Below, piece after piece: positions 39,130 to 49,900 of a stretch of DNA of 64,000 bases (positions are counted from its first letter, which is position 1; the number at the start of each line of letters is the position of its first letter). This DNA comes from Candidatus Obscuribacteraceae bacterium (GTDB lineage Bacteria; Cyanobacteriota; Vampirovibrionia; Obscuribacterales; Obscuribacteraceae). The position numbers were made by a program, and so were the translations under genes. The stretch lies in contig JBGASG010000002.1 in NCBI GenBank assembly GCA_044229845.1, positions 617,130-681,129 on the forward strand. The letters run 5' to 3'. Below the pieces are notes generated by a model. That model made no database searches and was not told the origin of the DNA. It saw nothing but the letters and a program-made list of their open reading frames with translations.

Positions 39130-40098
39130 CTAGAGGTGTGTGATGCCGCGGTCGATCAGGTTCTGAATTGCATCCTGCCATTCAGGAAAAGTCTCGAAGC
39201 CTGGACCAGTTTCGATCAGTCCATTGGCACCGATTTGAAGCCGAAGTCCTTTAAGGAGAACTTGCTCCAAATGCGGTGGCATGTCCGCAACTATTTCTGC
39301 GGGTCGCCGGATGTTCACAATCGGACTGAGGAAGTATTGTCCAACGTTTTCGTATCGCTTGGCCCAGGCCCGGACACTGTCCCCGGTGGCCGGCGAGCCC
39401 GCATCGTCGGGCATAAGCATCGGATGTTGTTTGCAAGCCACCTCCCACAGAATGATTCCAAACGCCAGCAAGTCATCCGGCTTCAAGAGGGGATAGTAAA
39501 TTGGAGTCGTCAGTGCACAATCGAGCCCCTGTCCTTCATCGCAGTGAAGTGGTCCGAACCAGCCCGGGTCGATGAGCCTGGGTGGCTGATCATCGACGAA
39601 TATGTGCTCGGGCTTTAGGTCGCCATGATACTCACCAGCGTTTCTTGATTGATACTTGCTCAATAATCCGAAAAGCTGCACAAACGAACTTACAGGGACT
39701 CGCTCCGCTCGATTCAATAGCTCTCGAATTGTCGGCGCCTCGATAACATCCATGGGATACATGGGAAGCCCCTGTCGCACTTCATAGTGTGAAATCCACG
39801 GGTAACAGCCGTAGTAGCCGTATTGCATCGACCGATTCTGCAAAGATAGAACCAGTGCCGTGTCGGGATGGACAGTGATTACTGCACCCTCAGTGATGGC
39901 ATGAGTTCGAGTTTGAAACTGTGACTTTACTGTAGTTGTCCGATCAAGTTCCTTGGCGATTTTCACGGCTACTCGAGTACCGTCATTTTGGTTTTCTGCC
40001 AGGAAGATCCGCGAATAGGTTCCATCGGCAATTTCTGCTTTGCAGACAAAATTGCCAACGAGCTGCAATCCGACTAGTGTTTCTGATGCTTTTAGCAT
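39130..40098 (-). CDS. Atypical protein-kinase-fold protein, array copy K5
   Basis: ADGTYSRI, VAVKIAKE, YHGDLKPEH, LIDPG, DLLAFGIILWE. Confidence 0.88.
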   Translation of the reverse strand: MLKASETLVGLQLVGNFVCKAEIADGTYSRIFLAENQNDGTRVAVKIAKELDRTTTVKSQFQTRTHAITEGAVITVHPDTALVLSLQNRSMQYGYYGCYPWISHYEVRQGLPMYPMDVIEAPTIRELLNRAERVPVSSFVQLFGLLSKYQSRNAGEYHGDLKPEHIFVDDQPPRLIDPGWFGPLHCDEGQGLDCALTTPIYYPLLKPDDLLAFGIILWEVACKQHPMLMPDDAGSPATGDSVRAWAKRYENVGQYFLSPIVNIRRPAEIVADMPPHLEQVLLKGLRLQIGANGLIETGPGFETFPEWQDAIQNLIDRGITHL

Positions 40099-40099
40099 G

Positions 40100-41068
40100 C
40101 TAGATGTGTGTGAGGCCGCGGTCGATTAGGTTTTGAATTGCGTCCTGCCATTCGGAGAAACTGCCGAAGCCTGGACCAGTTTCGATTAGTCCGTTGGCCC
40201 CAACCTGAAGCCGCATGCCTTTGAGGAGCGTCTGCTCCAAATGCGGTGGCATGCCTGGAATCAGTTCGGCAGGTCGTCTGATATTCACAATCGGGCTCAG
40301 GAAGTATTGCCCGACGTTTTCGTATCGCTTTGCCCAAGCTCGGACACTATCCCCGATGGCCAGCGAGCCCGCATCTTCGGGTATCAAGAACGGATGCTGT
40401 TTGCAAGCCACCTCCCACATCAGAATTCCAAGCGCTAGAGAGTCATCCGGTTTCATCAGCGGATAGTAAGCTGGTGTACTGAGTACACAGTCAAGCCCCT
40501 CTCCCTCGCGACAATTCAGAGGTCCAAACCATCCTGGATCAATGAAACGGGGCGGACCCTCCGTAACGAATATGTGTTCTGGCTTCAGATCGCCATGCCA
40601 TCTATCGGACGCCTCGATCTGTTGCCTAGCCATCAGCTTGAACAACTTTGCAAAAAACCCGAGCGAGATCGATTCCCCTCTATCCAAGACTTGTCGAATT
40701 GTGGGCGCTTCAAGAAAGGCTAGAGGATACATAGGAAGTCCCTGCCGCACTTCGTAGCGCTCAATCCATGGATAGCAGCCATAGTATCCGTATTGCATCG
40801 AATGATTTTCCAACGCAAGAACCAGCGCTGTGTCCGGATGGACATCGAGTACACCACCCTCAACTACGGCGTAGGTGCGAGTTTGAGAGTGCGACCGTGC
40901 TCCAGTAGGTCCTTCAAGTTCTTTGGCGACTTTCACGGCAACCCTATCATCATCGCGCTCGTTCTCCGCCAGAAATATGCGAGAGTACATCCCGTCAGCA
41001 ATTTCAGCCTTAACGACATAATTGTCGACGACTTCCAATCCGACTAGTGTCTCTGAGGCTTTTAGCAT
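40100..41068 (-). CDS. Atypical protein-kinase-fold protein, array copy K4
   Basis: VAVKVAKE, WHGDLKPEH, FIDPG; start at the ATG at 41068 by homology with the other copies. Confidence 0.88.
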   Translation of the reverse strand: MLKASETLVGLEVVDNYVVKAEIADGMYSRIFLAENERDDDRVAVKVAKELEGPTGARSHSQTRTYAVVEGGVLDVHPDTALVLALENHSMQYGYYGCYPWIERYEVRQGLPMYPLAFLEAPTIRQVLDRGESISLGFFAKLFKLMARQQIEASDRWHGDLKPEHIFVTEGPPRFIDPGWFGPLNCREGEGLDCVLSTPAYYPLMKPDDSLALGILMWEVACKQHPFLIPEDAGSLAIGDSVRAWAKRYENVGQYFLSPIVNIRRPAELIPGMPPHLEQTLLKGMRLQVGANGLIETGPGFGSFSEWQDAIQNLIDRGLTHI

Positions 41069-41069
41069 G

Positions 41070-42041
41070 CTAAAGATGTGTGATGCCACGGTCGATCAAG
41101 TTCTGAATTGCGTCCTGCCATTCAGGAAAACTCTCGAAGCCTGGTCCAGTTTCAATCAGTCCATTGGCACCAATTTGAAGGCGTAGTCCTTTAAGGAGAA
41201 CTTGCTCCAAATGCGGTGGCATGTCCGCAACTATTTCTGCGGGTCGCCGGATGTTCACAATCGGACTTAGGAAGTATTGCCCAACGTTCTCGTATCGCTT
41301 TGCCCAGGCTCGAACACTATCCCCAACGACCCGCGGGTCCGCATCGTCGGGCATAAGCATCGGATGCTGTTTGCAAGCCACCTCCCACATCACTATTCCG
41401 AACGCCAAGAGGTCGTCCGGCTGCAGAAGCGGGTAGTAGATCGGAGTCGTAACGACGCAATCTAGCAGGGTTCCTTCCGCACAGTTCATCGGAATGAAGC
41501 AGCCTGGATCAATCAAAGTTATGTATCGGTCCTCGACTAAGAAAATATGTTCCGGCTTTAAATCCCCATGAACCTTGACTGGCGATCGTGTCCTCTGCTT
41601 CTCAAGTCGTTCTGCCAGGTTTGCCAAAAAGAGCAGGTCAATCCCTCGTCCTTCATTGAGGCGGCTTCGAAGAGTTGGCTCGCTGATGAACTGCATAGAA
41701 TACATCGGCAATTCGTCCTCATCAGAGTACGGACCAACGTCGACGAAAGTCGGATGGTGGCTATATGCAATCGCACGCTGTTGCTCGCGGAGAATTTCGG
41801 ATGTACTCGGATTGACCGGAAGGACAGCGCCTTCGATGATCGTGTAGCAGCGGGTTTGAAAGGGCGAGTACACAGGATTCTCATACTGAGCTTCTTTGGC
41901 CACTTTAATGACTTGTCTGTCAGTTTCATCGGAGTGCAATTCTGTGAGGTATAGACGCGAATAAGTTCCATCAGCGATGACGCTTTTGACGACATAGCTG
42001 CCAGCACGTAAACCGATCAGTGTCTCTGAATCTTTGAGCAT
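41070..42041 (-). CDS. Atypical protein-kinase-fold protein, array copy K3
   Basis: QVIKVAKE, VHGDLKPEH, LIDPG. Confidence 0.88.
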   Translation of the reverse strand: MLKDSETLIGLRAGSYVVKSVIADGTYSRLYLTELHSDETDRQVIKVAKEAQYENPVYSPFQTRCYTIIEGAVLPVNPSTSEILREQQRAIAYSHHPTFVDVGPYSDEDELPMYSMQFISEPTLRSRLNEGRGIDLLFLANLAERLEKQRTRSPVKVHGDLKPEHIFLVEDRYITLIDPGCFIPMNCAEGTLLDCVVTTPIYYPLLQPDDLLAFGIVMWEVACKQHPMLMPDDADPRVVGDSVRAWAKRYENVGQYFLSPIVNIRRPAEIVADMPPHLEQVLLKGLRLQIGANGLIETGPGFESFPEWQDAIQNLIDRGITHL

Positions 42042-42043
42042 AT

Positions 42044-43012
42044 CTATATGTGTGTGATGCCGCGGTCGATCAGGTTCTTAAGGGCATCTTGCCATTCGAG
42101 AAAACCATTGAAGCCCGGTCCAGATTCGATAAGCCCGTTCGATCCGATCTGAAGTCGAAGTCCTGTGAGAATCACTTGCTCCAAATATGGTGGCATATCA
42201 GGCACCAGTTCGGCGGGTCGTCTTATGTTCCGAAGCGGGCTGAGAAAGTACTGCCCAACGTTTTCGTATTGCTTTGCCCAGGCATGAACGCTGTCGCCAA
42301 CGATTCGGGAGTCGCTGTTGTCCGGCATCAACAGCGGGTGTTGCTTGCAGGCGATCTCCCAAAGCATAATCCCAAATGCTAACGAGTCATCTGGCTTCAT
42401 GAGCGGGTAATAGATGGCTGTCGTGACAGCGCAATCGAGCTCGCGGCCTTCCTCGCAATTCAATGGATCGAATCGTCCCGGAGAAATGAATGCCGAATAG
42501 TTGTCCTCCACTGCAAAAATGTGTTCGGGCTTCAGATCGCCGTGGTGGCGAACAATCGACATTCTCTGCTTTTCGAGATTCTTGCAGACATGGCTGAGCA
42601 GACTCATACTGATCGGAATTCCATCATCAAGTAGAGTTCGTAGGGTCGGTACCTTCATGAACTCCATGTTGTACATTGGAAACCCATGCCTTAATGAGTA
42701 GTCGCCAACCGATACGTAGCAGACGGTCGAACTATATCCAATGGCGTACTGCTGTTCTCTGACAACCTCCAGCGTGCTCGGGTGGACCTCCGTGACGCCG
42801 CCTTCGAAAACACTGTAGCACTGTGTTGCAAATGGAGACACGGGCTCTTGCGTACGGTCCATTTCTTTGGCAACTTTGATGGCTACCAAGTCCTGAGTGA
42901 TTTGATTTTCGGTCAAGTAAATGCGTGAAAAGGTTCCGTCGGCGATCAATTTTATGACGACATAGTTGCCGACAACCTTCAGTCCTATCAGTGATTCCGA
43001 TGCTTTAAGCAT
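42044..43012 (-). CDS. Kinase-fold protein, probable pseudokinase, array copy K2
   Basis: VAIKVAKE, HHGDLKPEH, FISPG (no DFG Asp). Confidence 0.88.
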   Translation of the reverse strand: MLKASESLIGLKVVGNYVVIKLIADGTFSRIYLTENQITQDLVAIKVAKEMDRTQEPVSPFATQCYSVFEGGVTEVHPSTLEVVREQQYAIGYSSTVCYVSVGDYSLRHGFPMYNMEFMKVPTLRTLLDDGIPISMSLLSHVCKNLEKQRMSIVRHHGDLKPEHIFAVEDNYSAFISPGRFDPLNCEEGRELDCAVTTAIYYPLMKPDDSLAFGIMLWEIACKQHPLLMPDNSDSRIVGDSVHAWAKQYENVGQYFLSPLRNIRRPAELVPDMPPYLEQVILTGLRLQIGSNGLIESGPGFNGFLEWQDALKNLIDRGITHI

Positions 43013-43013
43013 G

Positions 43014-43979
43014 CTAAAGATGTGTAATGCCGCGGTCGATCAGGTTTTGAAGTGCGTCCCGCCATTCGGAGAAACTCTCGAAGCCTGGACCAGTTTCGAT
43101 TAGGCCGTTGACACCAACTTGAAGCCGCATTCCTTTGAGAAGCACTTGCTCCAAATGCGGTGGCATACCCGGCACTAGTTCCGCGGGTCGCCTTATGTTC
43201 CGAAGAGGGCTGAGAAAATACTGCCCAACGTTTTCGTATCGCTGTGCCCAAGCTCGCACACTGTCCCCAACGACCGACGAGCCCGCATCGTGAGGCATCA
43301 ACAGGGGATGTTGTTTGCAAGCTATCTCCCAGAGCATAATTCCAAATGCTAACGAGTCATCCGGCTTCATCAAAGGGTAATAGATGGCTGTCGTGACAGC
43401 GCAATCGAGTTCGCGCCCTTCCTCGCAATTCAATGGATCGAATCGCCCAGGAGAAATGAATGCCGAATAGTTGTCCTCCACGAAAATATGCTCAGGCTTG
43501 AGATCGCCGTGGTATTGAACAATCGATACCCCTATTTTTTCGAGTTTCTTGCATATGTAACTGAGTAGAGAGACGCTGATTGAACTGCCCTCAATCAGCA
43601 GTGTCCGAAGAGTCGGCAAGGTTATGAACTCCATATGGTACATTGGAAATCCATGTCTCTCCTCGTAATGCCCAATCGATATGTAACAATCACTTGGACT
43701 GTATCCGATAGCACTCTGCTGTTCCCGCACAACTTCCAGCGTACTCGGGTGAACCTCCACGACGCTGCCTTCGACGACGTTATAGCATCGCGTTGCAAAT
43801 GGAGATGTAGGTTCATGTGTGCGGTTCATTTCTTTGGCAACCTTGATGGCTACCAAGTCCTGAGTTTCTTCATCTTCCGTCAGATAGATACGCGAAAACG
43901 TTCCGTCGGCGATCAATTTCGTGACCACATAATTGCCGACAAACTTGAATCCAATCAGTGTTTCCGATTCTTTAAGCAA
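43014..43979 (-). CDS. Kinase-fold protein, probable pseudokinase, array copy K1
   Basis: TTG start at 43979 by homology (LLKESETLIG), GGAG upstream; VAIKVAKE, YHGDLKPEH, FISPG. Confidence 0.88.
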   Translation of the reverse strand: MLKESETLIGFKFVGNYVVTKLIADGTFSRIYLTEDEETQDLVAIKVAKEMNRTHEPTSPFATRCYNVVEGSVVEVHPSTLEVVREQQSAIGYSPSDCYISIGHYEERHGFPMYHMEFITLPTLRTLLIEGSSISVSLLSYICKKLEKIGVSIVQYHGDLKPEHIFVEDNYSAFISPGRFDPLNCEEGRELDCAVTTAIYYPLMKPDDSLAFGIMLWEIACKQHPLLMPHDAGSSVVGDSVRAWAQRYENVGQYFLSPLRNIRRPAELVPGMPPHLEQVLLKGMRLQVGVNGLIETGPGFESFSEWRDALQNLIDRGITHL

Positions 43980-43986
43980 GTGGCAC

Positions 43987-46900
43987 CTACTCCAGTCTTC
44001 CATCACCGGACACTCGATCTCTCGCTTCAAATCCTTGCTTCCTAGATCTGTGCATCGCAGCTGTCCAATCCATTAACACTACTCTTCCTTGAGCATCGCG
44101 TCCAAACTGAGTATATTTCATGTCTGCAACTTCGATTCCATCTTTAGCCATTGTTCGGACAAGCTCGTCAACGTCCCTCACATCCTGCAGATTTCTCGGG
44201 TTGCAGGTTTTGCAAGGCTCTTGCACATATATGAAGCTCTTGGTCGCAGCGATCTCCACTGGCGTAATCTCCGTTATGGCCCGAGCTTCCCAATAGTTGA
44301 CTCCAGTCCCAGTCTTTTGATCAAAGTAAGCAAATTCCCTATCCGGCTCCGTCAACTTCAAGAAACCGCCATGTTCCAACACTGTACCGTTGTAGACCGA
44401 CCCGGGCTTCAGGTTCACACAAATAGATTCTCCTCCCAAAAGGATATCGCCTTCCGTTACCTGAAGATTTAGATATTCAACCTCTTTTGCCAGAGCCCAC
44501 AGTCTCTTTCGATGAACACCCCTAACGTCTTCCTGCAAACCCGGAATGATTTCTGGCCGCGCCAGTGCTTCTCTGAGCCAAAGTGAGAGATTCTTCGGTT
44601 TTCCATACACAACCTGCGAGCCGATCTCACCGCGGGACTGGAGGAGTTCCTCAAGTCGAGAAGAGAGCCTTGGGAAACTGGCTGCTCCGTCCGCAGCTTT
44701 TTCAAGTGCACTTTCATTGATATCGATCAGGCGGCTATCATCGACGATGCACCATCGATCCCCAATTTTGCCAAACTCGACCAAGCCTCGATTTTTGCGG
44801 AGTTCGAGGTTGTTTTGTTGAGCGAATTCCGTCAGCATATCTATCACGCCACGAGGTGGTGCGCCAGCTTTCAAATCGACGAACTCTTGGACGTAAACTC
44901 GGGCTCGATAGCCGCCTCCTAAATCAACTAACTTAGGCGCCGACAATTGATGCGGTAGATAAGGTAGAGCCGGAATCGCCTGAAAAGTTGACTCATTGCT
45001 GACTTCAATTTTCAGTGTTGACTTGTTCGCGAAGGTCTGTCCATCAACTCGCGTTCCAACAGGTAGATCTACCAGAATTGCTCCATTGGAGGCGTGAATA
45101 TCGGAGCCTCTTACCTTCAAATCGCATTGAGAGAATACTCTGCTGAGCTCGAGAAGATGCCTATCCTCTGGCAGATGTTGCCACTCGTCCCGACCAAGAA
45201 AACTCTCCCTCCCTGCAGACAAATGCAGCAACCAACTCGCAAGTTCTTTTTGTGACTTGCCATCTGGATATCGCTCGACAAGGTTCATCTCGGTAAGGAA
45301 TTTTCGGAGAAGCTCGGAGGGACCTCTCAGCAGATCGCTGAGTTGTTCCACGCCGTACTCCCGAGTGCTCAATTTGGCAATAGCCTCAGCTGATATCAGG
45401 AACCGCCAATCACAGTCTCGACTTCTCGCTGGAAGTTCCATCACCGAAAATTGGGGTGGTGGTCGCAGTGGCTCGGGATGTGCTTCGGGCGTTTTGATTC
45501 TTTCGACTTTTTCCGCCGGTTGTTCCTGCTGGTTGGAGGAGACACGGTCATGTTCCGGCTTAACAGCAGATGCTGGCAGCGCAGGTTTCTCCGCAGTAGA
45601 GCGTGGTGGCGCAACCTTCTCCGACACAACCGGCTCAGGTGGAGTCTCGATCTTCACTGGCTCCCGACGCCCGTGCACCAAGTCATCAAGGTCGTTCACG
45701 AACGCGGCGTGATTTCTGACTTTGCCATCAGCTAATTGCTGCATATGAAAGTTGAAGTCTTTGACGACCGCCTCGTATTCCTTCCAGTTCTTGGTCTTCG
45801 CGGCGTTATCCGTGACCTTTGCTGCCAGCCCTTCGAGTCTCTCAACTTGCTGTGGTGTCAGCCCCAGCTCGGCGCGCACCGAACCGACTCGTCTTGCTTG
45901 CGCAAGCAGGCGAACATGGTCTGTAAACTCTATATATGAAGTCGCGTTCTTATCCAGTCTGGCGGCAGCAAGTTCCGGCAAGTTCCGCAGCAGCTGCTCC
46001 GGGCTGACGCGCATGACGACCGCGTCCTTCTTGAAGAGCACCAACTCACCGGAATGCTGATCGCGCGAGCGAATCTGCCAGCCACTATCAATGGTGCCAT
46101 CCGGCTTGCGCAGGTGCACGCTCTCGCCGACCTTCAATTGTAATCCGGGATTAGCAGCCAGCAAATCCTTCTCATTGATGGTCATGGCGCCATCGTGCAT
46201 GATGGTGACTTTGCCATCCTTGCCGACGGTCTTCACGACAGTCCAACCCGACTCGCCTTCCAGCGCTACGTTTGCGCCCAGCTCCAGCTTTGCAGGCGAC
46301 ACACCAAACCTGGACTCCGCCGGCATCTGGGACGCTGCCTTATATCTGTCGTGACGCGCCGAGTAGAAGTCTCCGTGCGTGCCTTGACGGGGATCGTAAA
46401 TGCGGTCGCCCGACTGCACCCACATGTGGTTGACGGTATTGCTGCCGTCGGCACCATTCCCGGTGACCAGCCTGAAGTGCGCCTGCGGCAGCAGTTCGTC
46501 GCCAAGGAACTTCAGCAAAACAGCTTGCTGTGTGCACGAGCCGGTTCCGCGTTCGATGAACTCACCAAGATTGACGCGCTTGCCGCCATTCGCCTTGATG
46601 AATTGCATGTAGTTGGCGTCCGCGATGGACTGGACTTTGTCGCCCGGAACCGCGGTTTGCATGAACTTCGACTCGACGAATTGAGTCAATCTGGCTTGCT
46701 GCTGTTCCGCAGTGAGGTTGTGGTATCTGCCCATGTAGGCGCGTGCTTCATCAAGGGTTTTCTGCAGCACCTTGTCGTTAGGCAGGTCTACTACCGTCGC
46801 GGCAAATGGCGACGAACTGGAACCATCCGCGCTTACATACCTGCCTTTTCCAGCGAGGGTGAATCCCGGCTGCAGCGGCTCGCCGATTTCGCCCCTGGTT

Positions 46901-49900
46901 TGCAGCTTGTTGGACTGCGCCCGCGCCTCCGGCATGATCGGCGCCGCATCAGCAGCGACAGGTGAGCCCTTGAATGATGAGAGATCGAGTTGGTGCCCTC
47001 CTTCCTTCAAGCGGGGACGCAGGTCTACCTTGTCGTTCGGACCAAGAACATAAGGACGATCTGCTACCCACTCCTTGCCATTAGCAAATTGGATGACGGT
47101 TCCCTTACCTACAATCAACTCTCCGTGAGAGTCTCTGGCGAGCAAGACGTGAGGCGGTTCTATGTGCCCGAAGAGTTTGCTGGCCAATGCGCTCGTCACG
47201 CCGAAGACCTTGTACATCACCGCGCCTTGCACGGCTGACTGCGGCAACGAACTCAACAGGTCATCCGAACTGACCAATCCGGCCGCTTCCTGCACGGATT
47301 CGCCGGCGACATTGGAGAGCGCGGCGCCGGAGGCGTTTCTCAACAGCTGTTCTGCCTCCAGCCTGCTGACTGCGCCTTGCTTTATATTGGCTTGCAGTTT
47401 CTCTAAGATAGCTTTCTCAAGCACAGGATCAACGCCACCATCAACAGTGACCTGCTTGACCAGTTTGTCGATGGCATCCTTCGTATGCTTGCCGCCTGCG
47501 ACAGCCTGTACATCGGTCAGATCCTGAAGTCCCCTGGAGATGATTTTCTCCGCGTCAGGTCTCAGTGCGCTAACGCCCTTCTGGGTAACGGCTTCCAGCG
47601 CGGCTCGCTCTGCAACCTTCTCGCTGATGCGAAACGCTCCGGTCAAGCCGAAGTGTTCCGGTCCCACCACAGCGAGCGGTCCGACGAGCGCACCTTCTAC
47701 TCCATACTTGACCAGACCTTCGCGATCAAGTTTGGCGGACTTACCCTCGTACAGCGCGTGCACACCAATACTGGTGGCAGCGCCACCGGCGCTGCTCGTT
47801 ACGAGGAAGCCGATGGTCACCTCCGGCACCAGCAAAGTTGCAGCCATCGTGGCCAGCGTGACGCTGCTATCTACAAGAGCCTTGGCGGCACCACTCTTGG
47901 AGTTGATGTAGTCTTTCTCAGCCTGATAGTACTTGTTGAGCGCTTCATGAAACTCCTGGCGCTGCTTCTCCGTAACATTCGACTTGCCGTATTTGGCGAG
48001 AACACGATCGGCTTCGTCGAGTTTCTCATCGGCAGCGATTTGCGACCGATCCCAGATGCGTTCGTGAACACCATCTGCCAGCGAACCGCTCTTATCCGCA
48101 ACGTGGCGAGCGTCGATCAATTCTTGTTGCGGTGTGACGCCAACGTTAGACAGCAGATTGCGGAACGCGATTTGATCCGTCGGTGGCATCTTGTCCAACA
48201 CGTCCTTGCCCATGTCACGATGTCCATACTTGTTGAAATATGCGTGACTGGCGTCGCGGATCTGGGTTGGAGTCAAGGTGGACAGATATTCGCGCAGCCC
48301 ATCCTGACTGTCGCCGGCGCCGACCGCGAAAGCGCGCAAGCGATCTTCCGGGTGCATCGTCTCCAATGACTTTTCGGGAGGACTCTGCTTCATCATCCGC
48401 AGAAGAAACTCTCGTTTCTCGCCCGTACCCAGTAGCTTGTCTTGAACTTCGATGTCTTTCGGGTCAAGCGGATGCGGATCGAGCAGGCGTTCTCGGTCTT
48501 GGGCTGAGGCTCCCAAAATGTCCTTCATGACACGAGAGTTATCCGGCAGGAGCGTCTCCGAAATGCGGATAGGTAATCGACCAGTCTGCATGAATGAGTC
48601 AAGCAATGTCTGGTGACTTTCCTCCGGGAAGCCTGCGCCAAATGAAACACCATGCATTCGCGATTCCAGAACATTTTTCAATTCGGTGTTAAACCTGGCA
48701 ATTGACTCGGCGTCTTTTCGGGCGGCCGCGTCTTTCTCAGTTGCGGCAGGTTTTTCGGCTACGGTAGGTTTGGCACCGCGAAAGCGTGAGGGATCCTCAT
48801 CAAATGCTTTTTCGATATTGGCAAATCCAACCAGACCCTTCTCCCCGTGGAGTTGATCCAATAACACCCTGTCAAAGGAATTGACCGGCGGCTTGCCGTC
48901 CCTGATGTTGCGAAGAACATCTCTGGCAAGTTCTTGTTCTAACCCGGGCTGCAGGTGCTGAGACACCAGGTTATCCACCGTTGTCCTAAACTTAACGTCC
49001 TTCCGATAGTCATCTTGCTCCGACGGTGACATGTGGGCAAGTGCCTCGACCTTTGCAGCCGCCTTGCCATGACTGTTGAACACTGAGGCGAACGCGTGAT
49101 CAAGCAGATTCTCTTCGTTGCGTTTGAAGACGTCGGCGACTTTAACTTCCGTCTTGCGCCCCAGGAGCGCATTCTCCCATGCATCAAGCTGAGCCTTGTC
49201 GTTAAAACCTGAGGCTTCGTTGAGAGCTTCATGGATATCTTTGTAGTAGCGGCTGATTCGCTGCTCGTAAGGCTCTTTAGGACCAATACCGCCGGTGGTG
49301 AATTCGTGATGACCTTCCTGGAACAGCTTTCTCTCTTCAGGCTCGACATGCGCGATCGCATCTTCGATGAGCGCCTTGTTAGTGCGAAAGATGCGTCCAT
49401 TACCTTCGATGCGCGAAGCCAGACTCAGGTGCCCGAACTGTGCATAATCCTGCGCGGTGGAAAGTTCGAGCGGATCGGTGAACACCTTTTGCAGGCGCTC
49501 CATCCCTGCGGGAGTACTGAATTCCTTGCGAGCCTCCGGATTTAGTTGCATCGCCTCCATGAAGATGTCCAGGCGATGATGTCGCAACCCGATTTCGGCG
49601 AGTTGCTTGGCGAAGGTAGGAGGATTGCCTTCCAATTTGTCTTTGCCGTTGAGGAGCACATGGATCGCTTCCTTAGTGGCAGTCGACAGATGGGGATTAT
49701 CAAATTTCAGATTTAGTTCGGCAATCTGTTTGGAGTCCAGCTTCTGCAGCGTATGCAGAATAGACTTCTCGGCGGTTGCGTGATCATGTTCGTCATTGGC
49801 GTTTTGCCAGATGTTAAAGCCATGCTGGTCGAGGCGCGAACCAGTATCAGTGACTGTGCCGAGGTTGCGCGCCAGCGCGCCGGCGAAATCCGCCACGGTG

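Noticed and set aside
39130..43979. Diversity-generating retroelement explaining the repeated kinase 3' ends
   Set aside because: No reverse transcriptase in the window, the repeats are whole genes, and differences are not confined to adenines
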